A stretch of DNA of 64,000 nt. It comes from an uncultured Candidatus Rokubacteria bacterium. Its GTDB lineage: Bacteria; Methylomirabilota; Methylomirabilia; Rokubacteriales; CSP1-6. Each line of letters opens with the position of its first letter. Within the stretch, counting starts at the first letter, position 1. A program made the translations under genes and the position numbers. Below the pieces are notes generated by a model, which saw only the letters and a list, made by a program, of their open reading frames with translations, was not told the origin of the DNA and made no database searches. The stretch covers positions 128,001 through 192,000 of the forward strand of contig CAWBMV010000006.1 of NCBI GenBank assembly GCA_963789955.1, in the 5' to 3' direction. Positions 50,243 through 62,112 of this stretch are shown here, piece after piece.

Positions 50243-51236
50243 GTGGATGAGCTGAGGAAGGACCCGACCCGAGGGCACTGGATCCTCATCCGCCCGAAGG
50301 CCAAGCCCGCCCCGCCGACGGATTGTCCCTACTGCCCGGGTGCGGAGCATCTCGCCGGACCGGAGATCACGGCGTTTCGTCCGGAGGGCTCGATCGCGAA
50401 CAGTCCGGGCTGGAGCGTGCGCGTCGTTCCCGAGCCCGACGCGTATTTCCGGATCGAATGGGAGCTGGTGCGCGAGGGCGTCGGCATGTTCGACATGATC
50501 AATCCGCGCGGCGCCAGCGAGCTCGTCATCGAGTCACCCCGCCACGACGACACCCTCGGCGTCGATGGCTCCCGAGCGCTCGAGGCGGTGCTGTGGATGT
50601 ATCGCGACCGGCTGCTCGACCTGAAGCGCGACGGTCAGATTCGCGACATTCTCGTGTCCCGCCGCCACAAGAAGCCCGGCGTGGCCGGCCATCATCCGTA
50701 CTCGCGAGTCACCGCGATCCCGATCGTCTTCGACGAGACGCGGCGCGAGCTGCGCGAGGCGCGCGAGTACTACCAGTACAAGCGACGCTGCCTCTATTGC
50801 GACATCCTTCGCCAGGAAATCGGCGCCGAGGAGCGCGTGGTGCGTCTGACCCCGGCGTTCGCCGCCGTGGTGCCGTACGCGCCGCGCGTGCCCCTCGAGA
50901 CGTGGATCGTCCCGCGGCAGCACGGGTGCTCGTTCGAAGAGGCCATCAAGCCTGAGAACCTCGGCGACCTCGCCCGCCTCCTGTCCGACTACTTCCGCAC
51001 GCTCGCGCGTGGCTTCGGCGACCCCGGGTACGAGATGGTGCTGCACACCGCGCCCAACCTCCGCTCGCGCATCTTGCAAGGGGACTGGGCCACGATCCGT
51101 GACGACTATCACTGGCACATCGAGATCATGTCCGGAGCCCGAGCACGCCAATCGCATCGGGGGCATCTTCATCAACGAGACGCGCCCCGAGGTCTCTGCC
51201 GCGGAGCTCCGTCAGGCCTGGACCGATCAGGTCTAA
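50243..51236 (+). CDS. GalT/ADP-glucose phosphorylase-like HIT protein with degenerate active site (frameshift near 51130)
   Basis: ELRKDP, CPYCPG, CLYCD, YHWHIEI; HPYSR in place of HxHxQ. Confidence 0.85.
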
Positions 51237-51412
51237 GACTCGCTCCAGCCGACTCAAAGCTCCGTCTTTCCTGGTCGTATCTAAGTACCGGTAAACAATT
51301 CACAACAGCCGCGACAGAGGTCTGCGGTCTCGAGCGGCGGGCCCTCCTCGGTCTTCAACGCCGGAGCCGGGGTAGCGCTCAGGGGATTCCCTGTCATTAC
51401 GGCTATTTCCAG

Positions 51413-51440
51413 TTGACGCCGGGCTAGCCCGGTGTAGAAT
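51413..51440 (+). promoter_or_regulatory. Sigma70-type promoter of the isc operon
   Basis: TTGACG, 16-nt spacer, TAGAAT. Confidence 0.7.
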
Positions 51441-51473
51441 CCGACTGAATGAGTCGCCGATCAAAAGAGTCGG
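51441..51473. promoter_or_regulatory. Tandem IscR type-1-like operators
   Basis: CCGACT-GAATG-AGTCG and CCGATC-AAAAG-AGTCGG; the first matches the GACT-N5-AGTC core exactly, the second is a variant. Confidence 0.7.
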
Positions 51474-51526
51474 CGATGCGGGCCCTGCCCATGGCAAGGG
51501 ATCGGAAGAACGCGAGGGTAGAGACG

Positions 51527-51955
51527 ATGCTCCGCTTTACGAAGCGCGCCGACTACGGGCTGATGGCGATCCACTACATCGCCACGCACGATGGCCTCGG
51601 AGCCGTCAGCACCAAGCGGATCGCCGAGGAGTTCGGGATTCCGCCCGAGCTGCTCGCGAAGATCCTGCAGCGCCTCGCCAAGCGTAGGCTGATCGTCAGC
51701 CAGAACGGGCCGAAGGGCGGATACGTGCTGACGCGGCACCCCGGCGACATCACGGTCGGCGAGGTGGTCCGCGCCCTCGAGGGGCCGATCAGCATCGTGA
51801 GCTGTCTGGAGGGCCCAGGAGTGCCCGCAGGAGACGCGCTGCAATCTCAGCGGCCCGTACAGAAGCTGCAGACGGCGATCAGCCAGCTGCTCGACAACAT
51901 GAGCCTGGCCGAGCTGAGCAACCAGGACGTTCCCGAGGTTCTGTCGATCAAGTGA
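51527..51955 (+). CDS. iscR: Rrf2 family Fe-S regulator (IscR-like)
   Basis: [36 protein letters not shown] is recovered after correcting two compensating indels. Confidence 0.85.
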   Translation: MLRFTKRADYGLMAIHYIATHDGLGAVSTKRIAEEFGIPPELLAKILQRLAKRRLIVSQNGPKGGYVLTRHPGDITVGEVVRALEGPISIVSCLEGPGVPAGDALQSQRPVQKLQTAISQLLDNMSLAELSNQDVPEVLSIK

Positions 51956-51992
51956 AGCAGGGCACGCACCAGCGCGAGACGGAGAGAGCCAG

Positions 51993-53222
51993 ATGCTGAA
52001 GTTCCCGATTTTCATGGACTCGCAGTCGACGACGCCCGTGGACCCGCGGGTCGTCGAGGCGATGCTCCCTTACTTCACCGAGAAGTTCGGACACCCGGCC
52101 AGCCGCAATCATTCGTTCGGCTGGGAGGCCGAGAACGCGGTCGATCGTGCCCGCGAGCAGATCGGCAAGATCATCGGCGCCCGGGATCCCAAGGAAGTGA
52201 TCTTCACGTCCGGCGGAACCGAGTCGATCAATCTCGCGCTCAAGGGCGTCGCCGAGATGTACCGGGAGAAGGGCAACCACATCGTCACCACGGCGATCGA
52301 GCAGCGGGCCAGCCTGGACGTCTGCAAGCGTCTGGAGCGCCAGGGCTTCGAGGTGACGTACGTGCCGGTGCGACCCGACGGCCTCGTCGAGCGTCGACGC
52401 GATCCGCCAGGCGCTCACCGACAAGACGATCCTGATCTCGGTGATGTATCGCGAACAACGAGATCGGCACGATCCAGGACATGGCCGCGATCGGCAAGCT
52501 CGCCAAGGAGAAGGGGATCATCTTCCACGCCGACGCGACCCAGGCGGTCGGCAAGATTCCGGTGAACGTCGAAGCGATGGGCATCGATCTGCTCTCGTGC
52601 ACCGCGCACCTGATCTACGGCCCCAAGGGCGTGGGCGCGCTGTACGTCCGGCGCAAGGCGCCGCGGGTGCGCATCGCGCCGCTGATCGACGGCGGCGGGC
52701 ACGAGCGGGGCATGCGTTCGGGAACGCTTCCGGTGCCGCTCATCGTGGGTTTCGGCCGCGCGGCCGAGATCTGCGGCGAGGTGATGGCCGAGGAGGGCGC
52801 GCACCTCGCGAAGCTTCGCGACCGGCTCCAGGACATGATCCTCTCGAACGTCGACGAGGCGTATCCTGAACGGCCACCCGGAGCGGCGGCTGCCGCACAA
52901 CCTGAACATCTCGTTCGCGTACGTCGAGGGCGAGTCGGTGCTGATGGGGCTCAACAAGGAGACGCGCCTTGTCCTCGGGCTCGGCCTGCACCTCGTCGAC
53001 GCTCGAGCCGTCGTACGTGATCGGCGCGCTCGGCGCGAGCGCCGAGCTGGCCCACTCGTCGATCCGCTTCAGCCTGCACCGGTTCAACGACCGAAGAGGA
53101 AGTCGAGTACGTCGGCGCGCGGACGATCGAGGTGGTCAAGCGGCTGCGCGAGATGTCGCCGCTCTACGAGCTGGCCAAGGAAGGCGTTGATCTGAAAAGC
53201 ATTCAGTTGGAAGGCTGACTAA
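51993..53222 (+). CDS. iscS: IscS-like protein lacking the PLP lysine (several frameshifts)
   Basis: [38 protein letters not shown]; but [10 protein letters not shown] and EQRASL at the PLP site. Confidence 0.88.
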
Positions 53223-53236
53223 GGGGGGCTTCGACC

Positions 53237-53647
53237 ATGGCGTATAGCGATAAGGTTGTCGACCACTACAACAACCCACGGAACGTCGGGTCCTTCACGA
53301 AGGACACTCCGGGAGTGGGTACGGGGCTCGTCGGCGCGCCGGAGTGCGGCGACGTCATGAAGCTCCAGATCAAGGTCAACCTCGACACGGGCGTCATCGA
53401 GGACGCGAAGTTCAAGACGTTCGGGTGCGGCAGCGCCATCGCGTCGTCGAGCCTGGCCACCGAGTGGCTGAAGGGCAAGACGGTCGACGAGGCCGCCAAG
53501 ATCAAGAACACCGACATCGTCAACGAGCTGAAGCTGCCGCCGGTGAAGATCCACTGCTCGGTGCTGGCCGAGGACGCGATCAAGGCGGCCCTGGCCGACT
53601 ACCGGGAGAAGAGCGCATCGGCGGACACTTCGGCGTCGTCGAAATAG
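53237..53647 (+). CDS. iscU: Fe-S scaffold IscU
   Basis: GAPECGDVM, FGCGSAIASSS, LPPVKIHCS. Confidence 0.97.
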   Translation: MAYSDKVVDHYNNPRNVGSFTKDTPGVGTGLVGAPECGDVMKLQIKVNLDTGVIEDAKFKTFGCGSAIASSSLATEWLKGKTVDEAAKIKNTDIVNELKLPPVKIHCSVLAEDAIKAALADYREKSASADTSASSK

Positions 53648-53669
53648 GTGAGCGGGAGGAACACAACGC

Positions 53670-53998
53670 ATGGCGGTCGCACTGTCGGAAGCAGCGGCGA
53701 AGCAGGTGAAGGAGCTCAAGCAGGCGCAGAACCTGCCGGAGACCGTCTTCCTGCGCATGGGTGTCAAGGGGGGCGGGTGCTCGGGGATGTCGTACACCCT
53801 CGAGTTCGACACCGAGATCGGTCCCCACGACAAGTCTTCGAGATCGACGGCATCAAGGTCGTGGTCGACAAGAAGAGCTACCTGTACCTGAACGGCACAA
53901 CGCTCGACTACGTCCAGCAGGGGCTGACGGGTGGCTTCACCTTCGTCAACCCCAAGGCGAAGTCGAGCTGTGGATGCGGCACGTCGTTCTCGGCGTAG
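53670..53998 (+). CDS. iscA: A-type Fe-S carrier IscA (frameshift near 53832)
   Basis: GGGCSGMSY...SCGCGTSF. Confidence 0.93.
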
Positions 53999-54017
53999 CC
54001 GGGGCCGGAACCACAAG

Positions 54018-54050
54018 GAACGGGCCCGGCGGAGGGCCCGTTCGCATTTT
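54018..54050 (+). terminator. Intrinsic terminator-like hairpin after iscA
   Basis: GAACGGGCCC-6 nt-GGGCCCGTTC followed by GCATTTT. Confidence 0.65.
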
Positions 54051-54075
54051 GGGCAGGGGCGTGAAGGGGAGGGCT

Positions 54076-54656
54076 GTGGATCACTTCGAGGTCTTCGGGT
54101 TGCCGCGCCGACTCGGCATCGACACCGCCGAGCTGCAGCGAAAGTTCTACGAGCTCTCGCGCCGCGGCCATCCTGACTTCCACCAGGGCGAGACACGCCG
54201 AGCGCCAGGCGGAAATCCTCGAGGCCTCCGCGCGCCTCAACGCCGCGTACCGGGCACTGCGCGATCCGATCGCCCGTGTCGAGTACCTGGTCCGCCTCGA
54301 AGAAGGGCGCAAGACGCGCGAAGGCGCCACGGTGAAGCCGAAGGCACCGCCCGAGCTGCTCGCAGAGATGTTCGAGATCCAGGAGAGCGCTCCAGGAGGC
54401 CAAGTCCGCCGGCAGCGGCTGGACGACGCCGACGCGCAGCAGACGCTCGTCGCCCAGCGCGACCGGCTCCGGGCGCGCTACGAGCAGGAAGAGGCTCGGC
54501 TGCGTGGGCCGCTCAGCCAGGCGTGGGACGCGGCCGCGGCCGCTGAACGCGCGGCGGCGCTCAACGCCTTCAAAGACGTCGCTGGCGGACGCGGGCCTAT
54601 CTGCGGACCGTGATCGACGACATCGACGAAGCGCTCGGAGACATCGCAGGAGACCC

Positions 54657-54679
<23 letters not shown>
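54076..54679 (+). CDS. hscB: Fe-S co-chaperone HscB (frameshifted; end approximate)
   Basis: DHFEVFGLP...HPDF J-domain, [16 protein letters not shown]; position in operon. Confidence 0.85.
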
Positions 54680-56493
<1,814 letters not shown>

Positions 56494-56494
<1 letters not shown>

Positions 56495-56817
56495 TGGCGG
56501 TCCACAAGGTGACGTTCCTGCCGCTCAACGTGACCGTCGAGGTCGACGACGAGAAGTACCCGCTCGCCGACCACGGCAAGCCCGGGTCGCTGCTGGACAT
56601 CGCGCTGGCCAACGACATCCATCTCGAGCACAACTGCGGCGGAAGCTGTGCCTGCACGACCTGCCATGTGATCGTGAGGGAGGGCGAGGAGAACCTCTCG
56701 GACATGCAGCCGGACGAAGAGGACCGGCTCGACACGGCCGAGGGGCTCACGATCCACTCGCGGCTGGGCTGTCAGGCGGTCGTGCGCGGCAACGTCGTCG
56801 TGGAGATCCCCAAGTGA
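56494..56817 (+). CDS. fdx: ISC-type [2Fe-2S] ferredoxin
   Basis: [15 protein letters not shown]...SRLGCQ; own GGAG SD. Confidence 0.93.
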
Positions 56818-57017
56818 TCAAGTGGCGGGACTACGAGGACATCGCGATCGCGCTCAGCGAGGGCCATCCGGATCTCGATCCGCTGACGGTCCGGTTCACC
56901 GATCTCCACCGCTGGGTGACCGAGCTTCCCGGCTTCACCGACGACCCGAAGGGGTCCAACGAGAAGATCCTCGAGGCGATCCAGATGGCCTGGCTGGACG
57001 AATACCGGAACCGATGA
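56814..57017 (+). CDS. iscX: Fe-S assembly protein IscX
   Basis: [12 protein letters not shown]...[10 protein letters not shown]...[12 protein letters not shown]. Confidence 0.93.
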   Translation: MIKWRDYEDIAIALSEGHPDLDPLTVRFTDLHRWVTELPGFTDDPKGSNEKILEAIQMAWLDEYRNR

Positions 57018-57040
57018 CGCGAGTGGTCGCGGGCGGACGC

Positions 57041-57268
57041 CTACCAGGTCACGACCTGGTCGGCCTCGAAGATCAGCTCGAGCAGCTGACCGTACGAGAG
57101 GTCGCCGTCGAGGCGGCGCACCGTCGCGCCCGCCGGCAGACCGGACGCGGCGCCGCCCGGCAGGACGACGACCGTGACGCGATCGCCGCGCCGCGCAGAT
57201 GGTGATCGACCACGGTCCACGGCGAGCGTGGTGTCCGAACCCTTGACCAGATGGAGCACCGCGGCCAT
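57041..57268 (-). CDS. Small DsrH/TusB-like protein
   Basis: VLHLVK N-terminus; LSYGQLLELIFEADQVVTW C-terminus. Confidence 0.6.
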   Translation of the reverse strand: MAAVLHLVKGSDTTLAVDRGRSPSARRGDRVTVVVLPGGAASGLPAGATVRRLDGDLSYGQLLELIFEADQVVTW

Positions 57269-57624
57269 CAGAACACCAGGAACCGGCGGCCGCGCTGGAC
57301 GAGGGCGGCGATCTCGTCGCGGGTCACCGGAATGACGGCGTGGCCGTCGGCGTTCCAGCTCGCGTCGGTCGGCACGGCGTCCTTCTCGACGTGGAACGGC
57401 ACGCCGAGCGATTTGAGGTTCGCCCGGAACTTCGCGATCTCGTCGCCGTCGACGAGCTCGTCGGTGTCCTCGTCGAGCAGGTGGACGCCGGCGCCCAGCA
57501 GCACGAAGGTGACGTCGTTCTCGCCCGCGACGACGCCGAGGCCGATGCGCATCGCCTCGTTCGCGCGATGGGACACGCGCGGGTCCGTCGAGATGAGGAC
57601 GATGACCGGCGGGCTGGCGATCAC
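57268..57624 (-). CDS. DsrF/TusC-like protein
   Basis: ISTDP...RANEAMRIGLG...FVLLGAGV...FLVF; middle gene of the triad. Confidence 0.65.
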   Translation of the reverse strand: MIASPPVIVLISTDPRVSHRANEAMRIGLGVVAGENDVTFVLLGAGVHLLDEDTDELVDGDEIAKFRANLKSLGVPFHVEKDAVPTDASWNADGHAVIPVTRDEIAALVQRGRRFLVF

Positions 57625-57629
57625 GGAGA

Positions 57630-57954
57630 TCAGTTGAGCGCGATGAACCGGTCGGTGGCGTTGATCAGGTCGGTCAGGACGACGAGGCCGCAGTAGGTCA
57701 CGCGTGTCGGCGTCGCGCAGAGGGATACGACGCTTCTGGCAGCCGTAGGCGCACACGAACAGCTTGGCGCCGCGCTCCGGCAGGGCGCGAACGCGCGGAT
57801 CGTCCAGCGCGGTGACTCCGTCGTCGATGAGGTACAGGTAGAGATCCGCGCCGCGCTCGAGCGCCGCGCTCGAGAGACCGACGGCCGTCTCGAGGTTCGG
57901 ATGATCGCGCCCCGTGGACAGCAGAACGCCGAGCTTCTTCTTCGCGAGGTCCAT
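57630..57954 (-). CDS. DsrE/TusD-like sulfur carrier (frameshift near 57705)
   Basis: YLYLIDDGV, LFVCAYGCQKRR, then CGLVVLTDLINATDRFIALN in the shifted frame. Confidence 0.78.
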
Positions 57955-57996
57955 CGCGGATCGAGCGTAGCATCGTAAAAAATGGAGAGCAAGCCG

Positions 57997-59154
57997 ATGA
58001 GCCGTCGAGTGTACCTGGATTACAACGCGTCGACCCCCGTCCATCCGGAAGTGCTCGCCGAGATGCTGCCGTACTTCGCGGACGTCTACGGCAATCCGTC
58101 GAGCATCCACGGGTTCGGGCGTGAGGCGCGCGAAGGCATGGACCTGGCGCGCGAGCGGGTCGCGAAGTTCCTGAAGGTGGCGAGCCAGGAGATCGTCTTC
58201 ACCTCCGGCGGGACCGAGTCGGACAATTTCGCGGTGAAGGGGCTCGCGCTCGCCAAGGGCAGGGGCCACCTCATCACCTCGCAGGTCGAGCACCACGCGG
58301 TGCTCCGCGCGTGCCGGGCGCTCGAGGCCCAGGGCTTCGGCCTGACCTGCCTCGGCGTCGACGAGCACGGCATGGTCGACCCCGACGAGGTGCGGCGCGC
58401 GATTCGCCCGGACACCCTGGCGATCAGCATCATGCACGCCAACAGCGAGGTCGGCACGCTCCAGCCGATCGAGGCGATCGGCCGTATCGCGCGCGAGCAC
58501 GGCGTGCCGTTCCATGTCGACGCGGTGCAGACCTTCGGCAAGCTGCCGATCGACCTCGACCTGCTCGGCATCGACATGCTGTCGTTCTCGGCCCACAAGA
58601 TCTACGGGCCGAAGGGCGCGGCCGGGCTCTACATCCGCAAGGGCACCAAGATGGTCGCGGTCCAGCACGGCGGCGAGCACGAGCGGCGCCGGCGCGCGGG
58701 CACCGAGAACGTGGCGGGCATCGTCGGGCTCGGCAAGGCGGTGGAAGTGCGGGCCCGCGACATGGCCGCGGAGGCCGAGCGGCTGACGGGCCTCCGCGAT
58801 CGGCTCTGGAACGGGATTCGCGAGCGCGTGCCCGACGTGAAGCTGTCCGGCCACCCGACCAAGCGGCTCCCGGGTACCGCGAGCCTGCTCTTCCGCCACG
58901 TCGAGTCCGAGTCGATCGTGCTCGGCCTCGACCTGAAGGGGATCGGCGTCTCGGCCGGCTCGGCGTGCACCTCCGGCAACGTCGAACCGTCGCACGTCCT
59001 GGTCGCGATGGGCGTCGCGGTCGACTGGGCCATGGGCGCAGTCCGATGCTCGCTCGGACGCTCGACCAGCGCCGACGACATCGACTACGTCGTCGCGTGC
59101 GTCGAGCCGCTCGTCAAGAAGCTCCGGCAGGCGATGCCGGTCGGCGCGGCATGA
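57997..59154 (+). CDS. Canonical class I cysteine desulfurase (NifS/IscS-like)
   Basis: [35 protein letters not shown] all intact. Confidence 0.95.
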   Translation: MSRRVYLDYNASTPVHPEVLAEMLPYFADVYGNPSSIHGFGREAREGMDLARERVAKFLKVASQEIVFTSGGTESDNFAVKGLALAKGRGHLITSQVEHHAVLRACRALEAQGFGLTCLGVDEHGMVDPDEVRRAIRPDTLAISIMHANSEVGTLQPIEAIGRIAREHGVPFHVDAVQTFGKLPIDLDLLGIDMLSFSAHKIYGPKGAAGLYIRKGTKMVAVQHGGEHERRRRAGTENVAGIVGLGKAVEVRARDMAAEAERLTGLRDRLWNGIRERVPDVKLSGHPTKRLPGTASLLFRHVESESIVLGLDLKGIGVSAGSACTSGNVEPSHVLVAMGVAVDWAMGAVRCSLGRSTSADDIDYVVACVEPLVKKLRQAMPVGAA

Positions 59155-59185
59155 GCGGTCGCCCCCGGCCGGAGCGAGGCTGACG

Positions 59186-59848
59186 GTGTTCGCGGAGCTC
59201 CGGCGCGACATCCAGGCGGTGCGTGATCGGGACCCCGCCGCGCGCTCCACGCTCGAGGTGCTGCTCTGCTATCCGGGTGTCCACGCGCTCGCGTGCCATC
59301 GGTTCGCGCACGCGATCTGGCGGCGCGGCTGGAAGATCCCCGCGCGCTTCCTGTCTCACATCGCCCGGTTCTTCACCGGCATCGAGATCCATCCCGCGGC
59401 CAAGCTCGGGCCCGGCCTCTTCATCGACCACGGCATGGGCGTCGTCATCGGCGAGACCGCCGAGGTCGGGGAGAACGTCACCCTGCTCCAGGGCGTGACG
59501 CTCGGCGGCACGAGCCTCAAGCGGGAGAAGCGCCATCCGACCCTCGGCGACAACGTCGTCGTCGGCGCCGGCGCCAAGATCATCGGCGCGTTCAAGATCG
59601 GGGACGGCAGCCGCATCGGCGCCGGCTCGGTCGTCGTCCGCGAGGTGCCGACGAACTCCGTTGTCGTGGGCGTTCCGGGCCGGGTAACATATCGGGACGG
59701 TCAGCGGGTGGCCGGCGGGATCGATCTGGATCAGACCGATCTGCCGGACCCCGTGAGCAAGGCCATCGAGCAGCTCGTCGAGCGGATTCGAGCTCTCGAG
59801 GACGAGCTCGAGACGGTGAAAAAGAAAGTCGAGGAGGAACACGCGTGA
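59186..59848 (+). CDS. cysE: Serine O-acetyltransferase
   Basis: [33 protein letters not shown]. Confidence 0.95.
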   Translation: MFAELRRDIQAVRDRDPAARSTLEVLLCYPGVHALACHRFAHAIWRRGWKIPARFLSHIARFFTGIEIHPAAKLGPGLFIDHGMGVVIGETAEVGENVTLLQGVTLGGTSLKREKRHPTLGDNVVVGAGAKIIGAFKIGDGSRIGAGSVVVREVPTNSVVVGVPGRVTYRDGQRVAGGIDLDQTDLPDPVSKAIEQLVERIRALEDELETVKKKVEEEHA

Positions 59849-60024
59849 ACCCCAAGGACATGCTGAGCCTCAAGGAAGCGTCGACGTATCTCGGCATGGA
59901 TGAGCGCGCGCTCGCGTCGCTCGCCACCGAGCGGCGCATCCCGTCGTTGCAGCTCGACGGCGCCTGGATGTTCTCCAAGAAGTCGATCGACAAGTGGCGG
60001 GGTCAGCAGACGCCACGCCCGTGA
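59845..60024 (+). CDS. Small HTH_17/excisionase-like DNA-binding protein
   Basis: [13 protein letters not shown]...[20 protein letters not shown]. Confidence 0.8.
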   Translation: MNPKDMLSLKEASTYLGMDERALASLATERRIPSLQLDGAWMFSKKSIDKWRGQQTPRP

Positions 60025-60585
60025 TCTCGCGCGACGAGGCCTGGTCCGTCCTCACCGAGTTCACCAAGAGCGATAGTCTCCGCAAGCACGCCCGCGCCGT
60101 CGAAGCCTCGATGCGCGCCTACGCCGGCCGTTACGGCGAGGACCCGGACGCGTGGGGCGTGACCGGCATGCTCCACGACTTCGACTACGAGATGCACCCG
60201 CGCGCGCCGCATCACCCCATCAAGGGCGCCGAGATCTTGATATCGCGCGGCGTGTCCGAGCCGATCGTGCACGCGATCCTGGCCCACGCCGACTATTCCG
60301 GCGTGCCGCGCGTCTCGCGCCTCGACAAGGCTCTCTACGCCTGCGACGAGCTCTCCGGCTTCGTGCACGCGGTGCGCCCTGGTCCGGCCCGGCCGGGTGA
60401 TCACCGGGCTCGAGCCGCCTTCGGTCAAGAAGAAGCTCAAGGACAAGGCGTTCGCCCGCACCGTGAACCGCGACGACGTCTACCGCGGCGCGACCGAGCT
60501 CGGCGTCGATCTCGACGCCCACATCGCCTTCGTCATCGCCGCCCTCACCGAAGTCGCCCCCGAAATCGGCCTCGCCCGCACCTGA
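60021..60585 (+). CDS. HD-domain (HDIG) metal-dependent hydrolase (frameshift near 60372)
   Basis: SLRKH, GMLHDFDYE, ACDELSGF, KKLKDKAFARTVNRDD. Confidence 0.88.
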
Positions 60586-60715
60586 CCCGAGCGAGGCTGA
60601 GTAACGCCTCCCGATGCCTAGGCCACGACCCCCGAGGTGCCGATCGCACCCGCCGCCGGGCGGGACGTACAGACAAGGCCAACGGGATGCGCGCGCGACG
60701 CGCGTGATCAGGATT

Positions 60716-60864
60716 GCGTGCGGGGTGGGCCGGGGGCGGGGGCCCCTTCCGTGACCCGTGTAGTCAGGGTCGATCTCGATATACGCGCGTCGTACGACGA
60801 CGCCGCGGGCTGTCCGCTAGCGTGGTCGCGGAAGGGGCCCCCGCCCTCGGCCCGCCCCGCACGC
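60716..60864. repeat. 41-bp imperfect inverted repeat enclosing 67 nt
   Basis: Arms 60716-60756 and 60824-60864 differ at 3 positions, all of which form G-U pairs on the + strand. Confidence 0.9.
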
Positions 60865-60870
60865 CGCGCC

Positions 60871-62056
60871 ATGACCGCGCGCGACGAGAGCGATCACACA
60901 CGTCGACATGGACGCCTTCTACGCGGCGGTCGAGCAGCGCGACCGCCCCGAGCTGCGCGGACGGCCCGTGATCGTGGGCGCGAGCCCGACGGGCCGCGGC
61001 GTCGTCTCGGCCGCGTCGTACGAGGCGCGAACGTTCGGCGTGCGCTCCGCGATGCCGATCGGCCGCGCGGCGCGGCTCTGCCCGGAAGGGGCCTTTCTTC
61101 CGGTGGACATGGAGAAATACCAGCGCGTCTCCGTCCAGATCATGGGCATCCTGGCCGACTTCTCGCCGCTCGTCGAGCCGGTCTCCGTCGACGAGGCGTT
61201 CGTCGATCTCACGGGCACCGAGTCGCTCTTCGGAAGCCCGGTGGACGCGGTGCGCCAGATCAAGCGGCGGATCCACGCCGAGACCCGCCTCACGGCGTCG
61301 GCGGGGCTCGCCGCCAACAAGTTCGTCGCGAAGGTGGCGTCCGACCTCGAAAAGCCTGACGGCCTCGTCGTCGTCGCGGCCGGTGACGAGGCGCGATTCC
61401 TCGGCGCCTTGCCGATCGAGCGGCTCTGGGGCGTCGGCAAGGTGATGGCGAAGGAGCTGCGCGAGCTCGGCTTCGCGACGATCGGCCAGCTCCAGAAGGC
61501 GCCGCGGGCCGTGCTCGCCAAGCGGTTCGGCAAGCACGGCGATGGGCTCTACGACCTGGCCTACGGACGCGACGACCGGGCGGTCGAGCCGTTCGGCGTG
61601 CCCAAGTCGATCGGCGCCGAGGAGACCTTCGGCGCCGACTGTACGGATCACGAAAAGCTCCGGACCACCCTGCGCGCTCACGCGGAGCGCGTGGCCGCCG
61701 AGCTGAGAGACGGGGGCTACGCGGCCGGCCGCATCACCGTGAAGCTTCGACTCGCCCCATTCGAGACGCACACCCGCAGCATCACCGGCGAGCCGACCCA
61801 GGACGGCCTCGAGCTCTACCGCCGCGCCCTGGCGCTGCTCGAGCGCGATCCCGTGACGCGACCCGTCCGCCTCATCGGGCTTTCCGCGGGTCGCCTCGGC
61901 CCGGCGGGCGCGGGCCAGCTCGATCTGCTGGATCCCGCGGCGCTACGACGTGAGCGGCTGGCTCGCGTGGTCGACCGGCTGACGGCTCGATTCGGAGAGG
62001 GCGCGGTAGTCCCCGCGACCTTGCTGGGGCGACGGCGCCACCACGACGACGACTGA
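60871..62056 (+). CDS. dinB: DNA polymerase IV (N-terminal frameshift)
   Basis: HVDMDAFYAAVE, SYEARTFGV, SVDEAF, AKVASDLEKPDG, RLIGL. Confidence 0.93.
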
Positions 62057-62112
62057 CGGGGCGGGAAGGAGCCGCCGATGCCGCTCGGCGACTCCTCCGC
62101 CGCCATCGAGAC

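Noticed and set aside
51800..51855. IscR apparently having only one Cys ligand
   Set aside because: The shifted frame reads [10 protein letters not shown], so two compensating indels hide the other two cysteines.
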